NCBI GenBank assembly: GCA_964555465.1
Contig: CAZKSR010000001.1
Location: 39,354-103,353, forward strand
From: an uncultured Oscillospiraceae bacterium
GTDB taxonomy: Bacteria; Bacillota; Clostridia; Oscillospirales; Oscillospiraceae
DNA length: 64,000 bases
Reading direction: 5' to 3'
Below are positions 1 through 9,375 of this stretch, piece by piece. Under the pieces are notes generated by a model. That model saw nothing but the letters and a program-made list of their open reading frames with translations, was not told the DNA's origin and made no database searches. The first letter of the stretch is position 1, and each line of letters begins with the position of its first letter. The position numbers were made by a program, and so were the translations under genes.

Positions 1-468
1 GATGCGCTGGGCGACGCCTATCACACGGCACTCATTTGCAGTCGGCTGGATATGAAGCGAGGCATTGCCGAATACGAGCAGTCCCTACAGAATCATAAGG
101 ACGGCTTCCACGGCACGCCGCCGGAGGGCTGCATCAGCAAGGTCGTGTTCCGCGGCTATCAGAACAAGACCGTGGCGATCCGCGCCATGACCGACCTGAA
201 GAGCCATTGCCCGCAGTGCGGCCGTGAGATGCCGAACGGCGCATGGGTCTGTCAGGAGGCGCGGCGGTATATGACCATGGCCTCGTGTCCGGAGCATGGG
301 CGGTTTCTCATCCGCCTCCGCCTGCAAAAGGACGAGGATGACACCCTGCGTGTCAGCAGGCTTGTCTTTGAGGGTGCTTCCGATGCGGCACGGAGATTTG
401 ATGAGCTGCTTCAGCGGCGCAAGACGCAGCGCAGGAGCCGTCGCCGCCGCAGCAGCGAGAAAAGCTGA
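1..468 (+). CDS. 3'-5' exonuclease (DEDDh/DnaQ-like) family protein, C-terminal part (5' truncated)
   Basis: Frame 1 is open from base 1 and begins DALGDAYHTA (ExoIII-like ALxDA motif). It continues into a CPxC...CxxH Zn-ribbon-like segment and a basic tail. The stop overlaps the mutY ATG. Confidence 0.6.
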   Translation, partial: DALGDAYHTALICSRLDMKRGIAEYEQSLQNHKDGFHGTPPEGCISKVVFRGYQNKTVAIRAMTDLKSHCPQCGREMPNGAWVCQEARRYMTMASCPEHGRFLIRLRLQKDEDDTLRVSRLVFEGASDAARRFDELLQRRKTQRRSRRRRSSEKS

Positions 469-1487
469 TGGAGCGTTTGCCGCAGCTTCTTCTGCCGTGG
501 TTCGCGGAGAATCGCCGGGAGCTGCCGTGGCGCAGGGATCGGGAGCCGTACCACGTCTGGCTGTCGGAGGTCATGCTGCAGCAGACCCGTGTCGAGGCGG
601 TCAAGCCCTATTACGAGCGTTTTTTGCGGAAGCTTCCGACCATCGAAGCCCTCGCCCGTGCGGAGGAGAATGACTTGCTCAAGCTCTGGGAGGGCTTGGG
701 ATATTACAGCCGCGTCCGCAATCTGCAAGCCGCCGCGCGGCAGATTTGCGAGCATTACGGCGGCAGCTTTCCGCAGAACGATGACGAAATCCTTTCCCTT
801 TCGGGGATCGGTGCCTACACTGCCGGTGCGATTGCGTCGATTTGCTTCGAGCGGCCGAGGGCAGCGGTGGACGGGAATGTCCTTCGTGTCCTGTCGCGCT
901 ATCTGGCCTCGGATGAGCCTATGACCTCGGAGCGAAGCAAACGGGAGCTGGGAGAGAGGCTTTCCGCAGTCTACCCCGAGGGACACTGCGGCGATTTTAC
1001 GCAGGCCCTGATGGAGCTGGGTGCAACGGTCTGCCTTCCGAACGGTGCGCCCCTGTGCGCGCAGTGTCCGCTGGCGGCTGTTTGCGCGGCGAATTTGACG
1101 GGGAAACAGAGAGATTATCCCGTCAAAACGCCGAAAAAGCCCCGTCGCACGGAACACCGAACGGTCTTTGTCCTGCACTGTGGGGAGGAGCTGGCCGTTT
1201 GCAAGCGGCCGCAGCACGGGCTTTTGGCCGGACTTTGGCAGCTTCCCGACGTTTTCGGGGAGTTGACGGTGCAGGAGACATTGCGGCAGGCCGAAAGCTG
1301 GGGCGTCCGTCCGACGCAGATCGAAAAAACCGTCAAAAGGGAGCATATCTTCACCCATGTGCACTGGCTTTTGACGGGCGTGTACCTGAAATGTGCCGAC
1401 CGAGGCGACCTGACTTGGGTCACGGCGGAGGAATTGCATGAAAAAATCGGTCTGCCCACGGCCTATCGGCAATTTTTGGAAGAATAG
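468..1487 (+). CDS. mutY: A/G-specific adenine glycosylase
   Basis: LPWR, WLSEVMLQQT, GLGYYSR, HhH LSGIGAYTA, VDGNV, 4Fe-4S motif C-x7-C-x2-C-x5-C, and a C-terminal Nudix-like domain (HIFTH). Confidence 0.96.
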   Translation: MERLPQLLLPWFAENRRELPWRRDREPYHVWLSEVMLQQTRVEAVKPYYERFLRKLPTIEALARAEENDLLKLWEGLGYYSRVRNLQAAARQICEHYGGSFPQNDDEILSLSGIGAYTAGAIASICFERPRAAVDGNVLRVLSRYLASDEPMTSERSKRELGERLSAVYPEGHCGDFTQALMELGATVCLPNGAPLCAQCPLAAVCAANLTGKQRDYPVKTPKKPRRTEHRTVFVLHCGEELAVCKRPQHGLLAGLWQLPDVFGELTVQETLRQAESWGVRPTQIEKTVKREHIFTHVHWLLTGVYLKCADRGDLTWVTAEELHEKIGLPTAYRQFLEE

Positions 1488-1490
1488 GAC

Positions 1491-1519
1491 TTGCATATTT
1501 TCAAAAAAGAGGTTATACT
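1491..1519 (+). promoter_or_regulatory. sigma-A-like promoter
   Basis: TTGCAT-17 nt-TATACT upstream of the AAGGAGG RBS of the 1549 gene. Confidence 0.6.
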
Positions 1520-1548
1520 GAAGCTACCATTATAAGGAGGATTTTACC

Positions 1549-1815
1549 ATGGAAGAAAAGCGTGCCCTTTACGGCGAGGATGAGATCATCACGCTGGAAT
1601 TTGACGACGGCGACAGCTTCGAGTGCGGCATCATCGGCACCTTCGAGCTTGATGGCAAGGAATACATCGCGCTGGACGCTCTGGACGATACGAACGACGT
1701 TTATCTTTACGGCTACGTCCCGACGGACGACGATTTCGAGCTGCTCGACATTCCCGAAGAGGACTTTGACCGTGTCGCCGCCGAATTCGACCGCCTCATG
1801 GATGAGCCTGTCTGA
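1549..1815 (+). CDS. DUF1292 family small acidic protein
   Basis: Strong RBS; acidic 88 aa with the pattern IITLEFDDG...FELDGKEYIAL...EEDFDRVAAEF. Confidence 0.8.
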   Translation: MEEKRALYGEDEIITLEFDDGDSFECGIIGTFELDGKEYIALDALDDTNDVYLYGYVPTDDDFELLDIPEEDFDRVAAEFDRLMDEPV

Positions 1816-1877
1816 AAACCGCCGCCGGACTGCTGCGGAGCGGTAAGGCAGAACACTGCCTCCGTCTGCGGCATTGC

Positions 1878-1923
1878 AAAGGAAAAGGCTTTGACCTCTG
1901 AAGGTCAGAGCCTTTTCCTTTTT
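1878..1923 (+). terminator. intrinsic terminator
   Basis: aaaggaaaaggctttgacc-loop-ggtcagagccttttcctttt inverted repeat with a T-tract. Confidence 0.7.
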
Positions 1924-2025
1924 CAAAAACCGAATCGACAATGACGGAAAAGGCACAATCGACGGACAAAAATCCGCGGATTGTGCCTTTTGTTTTTGAT
2001 GACGCCCCTTGGCGAGTAGCCTTTT

Positions 2026-2562
2026 TTACGCTTCGCAGGAGGCGGAGAGGACGGCGTCGACGGGGATGTCGTGCGCTTCGGTTTCCAGGAGGTCGAGCAG
2101 TTGGAAATTGTAGCACAGGGCAATGGTCGGGTGCGGCTCGGCAGAGAGGAATCGGTCGTAAAAGCCGCCGCCGTAGCCGAGACGGTGCCCCTGAGGATCA
2201 AAGGCCAACCCGGGCATAAGAACGAGCGCATCCGTGTCGTTTGCGATCTCGCCGTCGGTCGGCTCTGGGATGCCGCGGTAGCCGGCTGCTACCTTCGCCC
2301 AATCCAGACGGAGAAAGCGCATCTCGTCCCCGAAGATCTTCGGTACGGCGACACGCTTGCCGTCGGCTTCGGCTCTACGCAGGATCGGTTCGGTGCGAAC
2401 CTCCTGATTATAGCTCAGGTAGCCGTAAATGCTCGTTGCCGCCCGATAGAGCGGATGACGCACAAGCTGCTCCAGAAGCCGCTCGGAGGCGGCGTTGATC
2501 TGCGCGTCGGTCAGAAGCCGCTTTTGCTCCGTGATGGCCTTCCGCAGCGCTTTTTTATCCAT
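2026..2562 (-). CDS. 5-formyltetrahydrofolate cyclo-ligase
   Basis: Starts MDKKALRKAI; motifs GIPEP and PGLAFDPQGHRLGYGGGFYDRFL, HDIPVD. Overlaps the end of the upstream YfhO gene. Confidence 0.93.
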   Translation of the reverse strand: MDKKALRKAITEQKRLLTDAQINAASERLLEQLVRHPLYRAATSIYGYLSYNQEVRTEPILRRAEADGKRVAVPKIFGDEMRFLRLDWAKVAAGYRGIPEPTDGEIANDTDALVLMPGLAFDPQGHRLGYGGGFYDRFLSAEPHPTIALCYNFQLLDLLETEAHDIPVDAVLSASCEA

Positions 2563-5500
2563 GCAGCTCACCGTCTTCTTCGGCCTCTGAGAATTCGGCC
2601 TCTGCCGTCCGCTCGGTTTCTGTAAAAGCGGTTTCCTCCTGACGGGAGGGGTCGTTTTTTCGCGAGCGGACGAGGCAGACGGTCTGCCACACGAGGGCTG
2701 CGAGAAGGAAGATAGAGAGGGTCGACAGGACGATGAAAAGGGTGTCGTCCCGATAGCTTCCGCCACGCAGAAGCCTGCCGATAAGATGTTTGTCCACCGT
2801 CTCGCCGTAGCCGTGCAGACCGCCGTCGGTGAGGAACCAGACGGCATCACCGAGGAGCGCGAGGGTCAATGCAAGCCCGACCAGACGCAGGGGAAGATTG
2901 CACTTCGGGGACGGCTTTTTCCACGGACGGTCGGGGAAGAGCGGCTTTTTGCGCAAAAGCACACAGAGCGCGACGAAAATCAGAAGGCACACGATGCTGA
3001 TGACGGCACCGAGCTTCAAGCCCGGGGCGGTGTAGACCAGCTCGATCTCATGGGCACCGGCAGTCAGGGGGAAGGAGATAACGGCATCGGTCAGGAGAAC
3101 ATCCTTGTTCTGCGCATCATAGCCTGCGGCAAGGGTGACCTCCTTGCCATCGACGTAGGCCGTCCAGCCCGGCTCATAGGGGATGGAGGTGTAGAACAGG
3201 CCGTCGGAAAGGGCGTTGACCGTGCCGCGGATAACGGTGTCGTCAAATTCGGAGATGACGAAGGGCTCGTCTGCAAGGAGGGCGTAGCCTGCGTCAAAGA
3301 CCTTGTTGTTCTGCTTCGCAAAATCAAGCGAAATGTTGCCGTTGGTGTCGCTCTTCAGAGAATACTCAAAGCGGATCACGTCGCCCTCTCCGAAGCTGCC
3401 GACGCAGAAGAGCATCCGCACCTTCGTGGCGATGGTGAAGAGCTTTTTGTCGTTGCAGTAGACGGTGATGTTGCTTTCGGCGTCGGTCGGCTTTTTCGTG
3501 GTGGCGACATAGAGACCGGGATCCGTGACCGTATAGACGATCGAGACGGACTGATACTCCTTGTCGGAGGCGGCGGTGGTATAGGTATACTGCGTGCCGC
3601 TGGTGCCGGAGGCGTAGATCTTGCCGTCAAGCGGTACTTCGAATTCCTCGGCGGTCAGGTGGTCATAGAGTGCATCCTCGATGCCGGTGGCGAGGCGGAA
3701 CATCTCCTCCTGTTCCCAAATGGGATTATATTTGTTCTCTTCGGCCACGAATTCACCGAGAGCACGGTCTGTCATGAAGCCGAGCGAGATGTAGCTCCGA
3801 TTTTCGAAGAGGTTGACCTCGCCGGATTCTGCGATGAGGGTATTGTAATAGGTGTTGCGGTAGCCGTCGGTACGGTCGAGAAGATATCGGATGCCGCACA
3901 GGGTGTTCGTGAACGGGGAGGATTCATAATAAACATAGCGATTGCTGCCGACCCACGAGGACAGACCCAGCGAACGGGACAGGCGGTTGAAATTCGCATT
4001 GGCGGAGGAGTTGAAGATGGACACGCCGTAAAAACCGTTCAGGGAGGCGTCGTTCAGCGTCTGCGTGCCGGCAAATTCCGTGCGGTAGAACAGATCATTG
4101 TCCTGCTGTTCCATGTAATTCAGAAGGGCTTGCACCTCGCCGTTCTTTCGGGGATAGACGACGTTGCCGTTTTTGTCATATTGCGAGGTCAGGCCGATGA
4201 CGTCGACGCCTCTGGACAGGCAGATGCCCATTTCGCAGAGGATGATGAGACAGAGGAAGAGCACACACAGCCGCTTCAGGTTCCTGCGGCGGCGCAGGCA
4301 GACGACGAGCGTCATGCCGCAAATGACGAGAGCGGAGAAAACGAGGGCAGTCTCCAGCACATCCACAGCGAACCATGCGTTTACGAGCACGAGGGCGCAA
4401 ACGGGAAGAATGACGGCCAAATGCCGCGGCTTAAAGTCGTCGAGGAGGGTATAGGCGCGGTAGGCCATGGCGACCAGCACGAAGGAGAAGAGGAAGCTGA
4501 ACCGATACGGGAGCATATTGGGGAAGTGCATCCCGTGCCAGTAATAATCAAGGAATCTCAGGATAAAGCTCAGATTCAGGAACAGGAGAAGACAGAGGTT
4601 GAAGGCTTTTTCCCGACGGGAGATCTTCTTGCACAGGAAGTAGTAGATCGACAGGAAAACCGACGTCATGCCGCAAAAAACATTCGGCAGACCGGACATA
4701 TTGGTCGGCCTCGTGCCGGTCAAAAGGCCGGAGAAGACCTGACGGCTTGCGTTCCAGATGCCGGGAAGCGTCTCCTTTGCCAGCATTTGGAAGAAGTTAT
4801 CGTAGGTGGAATAGTTTCCGTAAGCATCCTTGAGGATGTTCAGCCCGAGATACGGGAAATTCTTCGGCGTGGAGGAATAGGTCGTCTGCATGGCGAGCAT
4901 GGTCGGAATGAGCAAAACGCAGGCCATCCCGACGCCGAGCAGGGTGCACAGGCCGATGCGCAGGAAACGGCGCAGGAAATTCCGCCACCCCGTCGGACGG
5001 CACAGACAGTAGCCCAAGAAGGATAAAAAGACAAAGATGCAGCAGAAAAATGCGACGTAGTAGTTGCACCACAGCGACAGAGCCAGCGTCAGAGTATAAA
5101 GACGGAATTTGCCGTCACGAAGCAGGCAGACCATCCCGGCGATCAGCAGCGGCAGGAGGGCGAAAACGTCCAGCCACATAATGTTCCAGTAGTAACCGGA
5201 GGCCCATGCGCACAGGGCGTACATCAGGCCGAAGAAGGGAAGCGCAAAATCGCAGCGACGGTAGGTCAGGCGCAGGAACCAGCTAAAGCAGAAGCCGGCC
5301 AGCGAGAGCTTGACGATGGTCATCAGCGTGAAATAATGCGGCAGCAGCTCAAGCGGTACGAGGACGCTGAGCAGGTACATCGGACTTGCCAGATAATAAG
5401 CGTAGAGCGAGGCATAGCTCTGACCCATGCCGACCGTCCACGAATAGGTCAGGGATTTTCCGTTCAGGAGCTTATCGCGAAGGTCGACAAGGAAGGGATA

Positions 5501-5749
5501 ATATTGATGCCAGCCGTCGGACGACAGGAGCATATTCGTTCCGTCGGTAAAGGCCATAGCGATCAGATAGACCGCCGAGGAAAGGAAAAACGGCAGGAAA
5601 AAGGCAAGGAGCATAATCCGTCGAGGGGTCGTTTTCGCCTTGCGCAGCAAAGCAAACTTCGGCCGCTTTTTTTGCGGCTCCTCCGCTTCGGGTGTGTCGG
5701 GCTCGCCCTGTGCTTCCTCCGGCTCGAAGCTGTTCAAAATTTCGTCCAT
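2555..5749 (-). CDS. YfhO family membrane protein (GT-C glycosyltransferase)
   Basis: SDGWHQYYPF, YYLASP, many TM helices, H..HFPNMLPYRFSF, SIPYEPGWTAYVDGK. GGAGG RBS before MDEILN. Confidence 0.88.
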   Translation of the reverse strand: MDEILNSFEPEEAQGEPDTPEAEEPQKKRPKFALLRKAKTTPRRIMLLAFFLPFFLSSAVYLIAMAFTDGTNMLLSSDGWHQYYPFLVDLRDKLLNGKSLTYSWTVGMGQSYASLYAYYLASPMYLLSVLVPLELLPHYFTLMTIVKLSLAGFCFSWFLRLTYRRCDFALPFFGLMYALCAWASGYYWNIMWLDVFALLPLLIAGMVCLLRDGKFRLYTLTLALSLWCNYYVAFFCCIFVFLSFLGYCLCRPTGWRNFLRRFLRIGLCTLLGVGMACVLLIPTMLAMQTTYSSTPKNFPYLGLNILKDAYGNYSTYDNFFQMLAKETLPGIWNASRQVFSGLLTGTRPTNMSGLPNVFCGMTSVFLSIYYFLCKKISRREKAFNLCLLLFLNLSFILRFLDYYWHGMHFPNMLPYRFSFLFSFVLVAMAYRAYTLLDDFKPRHLAVILPVCALVLVNAWFAVDVLETALVFSALVICGMTLVVCLRRRRNLKRLCVLFLCLIILCEMGICLSRGVDVIGLTSQYDKNGNVVYPRKNGEVQALLNYMEQQDNDLFYRTEFAGTQTLNDASLNGFYGVSIFNSSANANFNRLSRSLGLSSWVGSNRYVYYESSPFTNTLCGIRYLLDRTDGYRNTYYNTLIAESGEVNLFENRSYISLGFMTDRALGEFVAEENKYNPIWEQEEMFRLATGIEDALYDHLTAEEFEVPLDGKIYASGTSGTQYTYTTAASDKEYQSVSIVYTVTDPGLYVATTKKPTDAESNITVYCNDKKLFTIATKVRMLFCVGSFGEGDVIRFEYSLKSDTNGNISLDFAKQNNKVFDAGYALLADEPFVISEFDDTVIRGTVNALSDGLFYTSIPYEPGWTAYVDGKEVTLAAGYDAQNKDVLLTDAVISFPLTAGAHEIELVYTAPGLKLGAVISIVCLLIFVALCVLLRKKPLFPDRPWKKPSPKCNLPLRLVGLALTLALLGDAVWFLTDGGLHGYGETVDKHLIGRLLRGGSYRDDTLFIVLSTLSIFLLAALVWQTVCLVRSRKNDPSRQEETAFTETERTAEAEFSEAEEDGELHG

Positions 5750-5863
5750 GGGTACATCCTCCGTCGTGTAATATGTGTTTATTATATCGTGTTTTATCGA
5801 AAAAGGAAAGAGCATAATTGACATTTTTTATATCTTGTGGTAGAAAGAGGGAGAGGTGATGCT

Positions 5864-6706
5864 ATGTTTGCCGATTTGCACATTCATATGGTTCTTGACG
5901 GCGTGTATTATCGTGCCGCCATCGATTCGCACAGGCCACACCCCGATGACGGGAAAATTCGGGCGCAGTTGCGCCGATATCGGGATATGGGGGTCAATTT
6001 TTTGCGGGACGGCGGCGATGCATGGGGCGTCTGCCTGCGAGCGAGGGAGCTTGCGGCGCAGTACGGCATCACTTATCGGTGCCCTGCCTTCCCGATCCAC
6101 AAAAAAGGGCACTACGGAGCCTTCATCGGCCGCGGCTATGAGACGCTTGAGGATTACGAAGCTCTTCTCGATGAGGCGGAACGTAGGAACGCGGATTTTG
6201 TCAAATTGATGATCTCCGGCCTGATCGATTTTTCCGAGCCGAACCGCCTGACGGAGGGAAGCTTGGAGGGCGAGGAGATCATCCGTCTGATCGAAAGAGC
6301 ACACCGACGGGGCTTTTCGGTCATGGCGCACGCCAATGGGGACGAGGCTGTCCTTGCGGCGCTGGAGGGCGGCGTGGACAGCGTCGAGCACGGCGCTTTT
6401 TTGTCGGAAGCGACGCTTTTGCGCATGAAAAATACGATCTGGGTGCCGACGCTCTCGACCATCGGAAATCTGATCGGCAGCGGCCGCTTTCCGGACGGCG
6501 TTTTGAAAGAGCTGCTGAAAAGCCAGCAGGAGAAGGTGTGCTTTGCCCGTGCGCACGGCGGACTGATCGGGCTTGGCAGTGATGCAGGGGCCTATCGGGT
6601 CAGCCACGCAAGGGCCATAAAGCAGGAACGGGCATATCTGCATATGCTGTCCGATGAAGAAATCCGAAGGGCGGAAGCCTTCGCCGCCGAACAATTTCGA
6701 AGATAA
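5864..6706 (+). CDS. amidohydrolase family protein
   Basis: DLHIH metal motif, VKLMISG, MAHANG, DSVEHG, GSDAG; GAGGTG RBS. Confidence 0.85.
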   Translation: MFADLHIHMVLDGVYYRAAIDSHRPHPDDGKIRAQLRRYRDMGVNFLRDGGDAWGVCLRARELAAQYGITYRCPAFPIHKKGHYGAFIGRGYETLEDYEALLDEAERRNADFVKLMISGLIDFSEPNRLTEGSLEGEEIIRLIERAHRRGFSVMAHANGDEAVLAALEGGVDSVEHGAFLSEATLLRMKNTIWVPTLSTIGNLIGSGRFPDGVLKELLKSQQEKVCFARAHGGLIGLGSDAGAYRVSHARAIKQERAYLHMLSDEEIRRAEAFAAEQFRR

Positions 6707-6744
6707 AAAAGCATCTCCGTTCCACAGAGCGGAGATGCTTTTTT
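6705..6744. terminator. bidirectional intrinsic terminator
   Basis: aaaaaagcatctccg...cggagatgctttttt between convergent genes. Confidence 0.8.
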
Positions 6745-6825
6745 ATGGAAAAGAAAGCCAAGGAGCTTCATATTCCGGGCAAACGAGGGCGGAATGATGC
6801 CGACGGGGACGGATGCGCCGTGAAA

Positions 6826-8073
6826 CTACCGTTCATTCACATCGCCGATGACGCCGAGGAAGAGAAAGGTCTGCGTGCTGCGGTCGAAGATTGCCGCTAC
6901 GAACGGACGGTCGAGGACGAGAGAATAGGCGACGAGGGAGAGCTTGTAGGTCATCTCCACCGATGTCGCCGCCGCAGCGGTTGTCCCTGCCTCGTCGACG
7001 CAGAGATAGGTCGAGTGCTTGACCGAGGAGATCATCAGGTCGGCGTTTGACATCCGAGAAAAATCGGCCTCGGTCGAAAAGGCCAGCGGCAGCCCCAGCC
7101 TGCACAGCGCAGAGGATAGCTCCGTCTCGGTTTTCACCGTGAATTTCGGGAGGGAGACTTCGACGGCGTGATTCTGCGGCGAGGCGATCAGGCCGAGCAG
7201 CTTTTCACCCGTGAGCGAGGCGAGGTAGTCGGACAGGTCGACGCCCTCGTTCGGAAGAAGCGCGGCAAAGCAGTAGCGGCCGCCGAGATAATCCTTGACG
7301 AAGCCGGTTGCCATGCCGTCTTCGAGATAGTTGTTTTCCCGGGAGGACATCATCGTGACGCTTTCGTCGCCCTTTGTGCCGTGGAAAATGCCCTCCTGCA
7401 GATCATTGTCATAGTAGCGGCTGCTCCATTCGGCGTCGAAGCAGAGCGTTTGCAGGAGATAGAGCATGGCTTCGCCGGGAATCTCGTCGAGAAGCTCCTC
7501 AATGCGGCCGTCGGTGTGCTCGTTGACCCAAGCGTTGATGTCCGCAAGGGTTTGACTGTCAAAATCCGCTGCGTAGGCCGAGGCACGATAATAATCGGCA
7601 TTGGCCTGCAAGAAGTCCGAATGGACGGTAAAGCCGTCCGAGTGACGATACCAGACGGAATTGGCGCTTTTGACTTCGTTGCCGGAGGCTGCGAGAAGGG
7701 CGTAGGCGTATTCGTTGAGCGCATCGCAGGGCATCCCGAGGACGGCCTCCATCTGCGCCAGCGTATTGCCGTCTGCACCGTTGGCCGCCATCGCCAGAGC
7801 GAGATAGACGCTGTAGGGCGACAGAACGCACGTCTCGCCGTCATAGGCATTTTGCAGCAGACGCACGGCAAAGGAGGCAGCGGAAACGGCACCCTCGTCC
7901 GACGGCTTTTGCGGCGTTACTGGCTGCGGCGAGTGCTCGGCCATGAGATCCACTGTGCCGAGGCGCGCGGAGGAAAGCACGGAGCTTGTCTCGGCGGTGC
8001 TTTTTCCACAGGCGCAGAGCTGCAAAAGCAGGGCAGACAGAAGAATAAGGCTGACGATTTTTGTCCCTTTCAT
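6826..8073 (-). CDS. serpin family lipoprotein
   Basis: Lipobox LCAC; SPYSVYLALAMAANGA; INAWVNEHTDGRI; LPKF; hinge EAGTTAAAAT; DRPF...FLG. Confidence 0.93.
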   Translation of the reverse strand: MKGTKIVSLILLSALLLQLCACGKSTAETSSVLSSARLGTVDLMAEHSPQPVTPQKPSDEGAVSAASFAVRLLQNAYDGETCVLSPYSVYLALAMAANGADGNTLAQMEAVLGMPCDALNEYAYALLAASGNEVKSANSVWYRHSDGFTVHSDFLQANADYYRASAYAADFDSQTLADINAWVNEHTDGRIEELLDEIPGEAMLYLLQTLCFDAEWSSRYYDNDLQEGIFHGTKGDESVTMMSSRENNYLEDGMATGFVKDYLGGRYCFAALLPNEGVDLSDYLASLTGEKLLGLIASPQNHAVEVSLPKFTVKTETELSSALCRLGLPLAFSTEADFSRMSNADLMISSVKHSTYLCVDEAGTTAAAATSVEMTYKLSLVAYSLVLDRPFVAAIFDRSTQTFLFLGVIGDVNER

Positions 8074-8108
8074 AAAAAGCTCTCCCTTCAATGGCATCTT
8101 ACTCTTTG

Positions 8109-8134
8109 GACGAAGAACAGAAGAAAAAAGTTCC
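8109..8134 (-). promoter_or_regulatory. ECF sigma factor-type promoter of the serpin gene
   Basis: Minus strand GGAACT-16 nt-CGTC matches the AAC/CGT ECF consensus. Confidence 0.5.
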
Positions 8135-8229
8135 GTATTTTTTAAGCAGCCTTGTCAAAGGACAAAGAGCGGAAACAAGAAACTGAAAGAGTCCGAAATC
8201 CGCCGAGCTTTCGGCAAATTCCGGACTCT

Positions 8230-8321
8230 TGGCGGAGTGAGAGAGATTTGAACTCTCGCGCGCTTTTTACACGCCTACTCCCTTAGCAGGGGAGCCCCTT
8301 CGGCCTCTTGGGTATCACTCC
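8230..8321 (-). tRNA. tRNA-Ser(GCT)
   Basis: GGAGTGA acceptor stem, anticodon arm CTCCC-CT-GCT-AA-GGGAG, long variable arm, GTTCAAATC T-loop, encoded CCA. Confidence 0.95.
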
Positions 8322-8353
8322 GAATCAATGCAGTAACAATATAAAGGAAAGCG

Positions 8354-8442
8354 TGGCGGAGAGAGTGGGATTCGAACCCACGGCGCATTGCTGCGTCACC
8401 GGTTTTCAAGACCGGCTCCTTAAACCGCTCGGACATCTCTCC
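8354..8442 (-). tRNA. tRNA-Ser(TGA)
   Basis: GGAGAGA acceptor stem, CCGGT-CT-TGA-AA-ACCGG, long variable arm, GTTCGAATC, encoded CCA. Confidence 0.95.
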
Positions 8443-8457
8443 GAATCAAGCCCTGTT

Positions 8458-8486
8458 ATTCTACCACGCAATTGTCCGTTTGTCAA
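8458..8486 (-). promoter_or_regulatory. sigma-A promoter of the tRNA pair
   Basis: TTGACA-17 nt-TAGAAT about 15 nt upstream of tRNA-Ser(TGA). Confidence 0.75.
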
Positions 8487-8657
8487 CTCCAAATTGCGAA
8501 CAATTTTGTTTTTGTTGCGGCGGCAGAATCGATGTGAGGGGAGAAGAACGAAAAAAAGGCGATTGGGTTTGTCGGGACGAAGCCGTCGGGGGCAAGTCTG
8601 ACAAAAAACCCAATCGCCACAGTTCCGTTCTGCGGAGACCCTCGGCGTTTGTGCGGA

Positions 8658-9356
8658 TTACATCCCGAGCAGAGCGGAAAACCGACCGAGGAAGCGGTCG
8701 TTCAGCTTGGAGAAAAGCTGCGGCAATTTCGTGTAACGCGCCACGAGCCAACCGATTTCGGCCACGGCAATGCCGGCGAATACGTCAAGCAGGACGTGCT
8801 GCTTGGTAAAGAGGGTGGAAAGGAAAACAAGAATCGACCCGAGGACGCACAGCACATTGACCGCTGCCTTGCGACGGGGCTTTTTACATTCGAAAATGAA
8901 TCGCGTGCCGAGCCATGCGACCATGCAGTGGGCGGAGGGGAAAAGGTTCGTCGGCGTGTCGACCCAGTACAAAAACCGCATCAGCCAGTCGAAAACGCCA
9001 TGCCCCGTGATCTCGGGACGGACGTTTGTGGTGGGGAGGACGACGAAGAACACAAGGCAAATCAGCTTTGCGACGGCGTCTGCGACCGCCAGACGGCAGG
9101 CCATGGCAGGGCTTTCCTTCGCGGTGGTGATGTATTGGTACATCCAGAAAATATAGGAGCCGAAATACGCCACGACCCAGACCGGCTGAAAGGGAATTTT
9201 CCCGTCAATATTCAGCGTCAGGTCGACATATGTAAGAGGAATGACCGCTTGGATCGCCTTGGCGAGAAAATAGGAGCAGATCATCATGATGCCGGTCGTG
9301 CACAGCGGCAGGACGGCATGGGTCGGAATCAGCTTTCGTAAGGTGCGTCGAAGCAT
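8658..9356 (-). CDS. PAP2 superfamily membrane phosphatase/phosphotransferase (Aur1/IPC-synthase-like)
   Basis: About six TM segments; VRP, NLFPSAHC and STLFTKQHVLLDV motifs. Confidence 0.85.
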   Translation of the reverse strand: MLRRTLRKLIPTHAVLPLCTTGIMMICSYFLAKAIQAVIPLTYVDLTLNIDGKIPFQPVWVVAYFGSYIFWMYQYITTAKESPAMACRLAVADAVAKLICLVFFVVLPTTNVRPEITGHGVFDWLMRFLYWVDTPTNLFPSAHCMVAWLGTRFIFECKKPRRKAAVNVLCVLGSILVFLSTLFTKQHVLLDVFAGIAVAEIGWLVARYTKLPQLFSKLNDRFLGRFSALLGM

Positions 9357-9375
9357 AAATAAAATGTATCCTTTG

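Noticed and set aside
2786..5026. Long antisense ORFs (746 aa here; also 46949-49060, 54049-56127, 56206-58437)
   Set aside because: They mirror well-supported genes on the other strand. GC-rich codon bias suppresses antisense stops, and they have no RBS or recognisable motifs.
8230..8442. tRNA-Ser pair as an integration site for an island
   Set aside because: I noticed no duplicated tRNA 3' end or integrase in the window.
8354..8442. Possible tRNA-Sec, given the nearby ygfK/ssnA
   Set aside because: The anticodon is TGA (Ser), not TCA, and the acceptor stem is the normal 7 bp.
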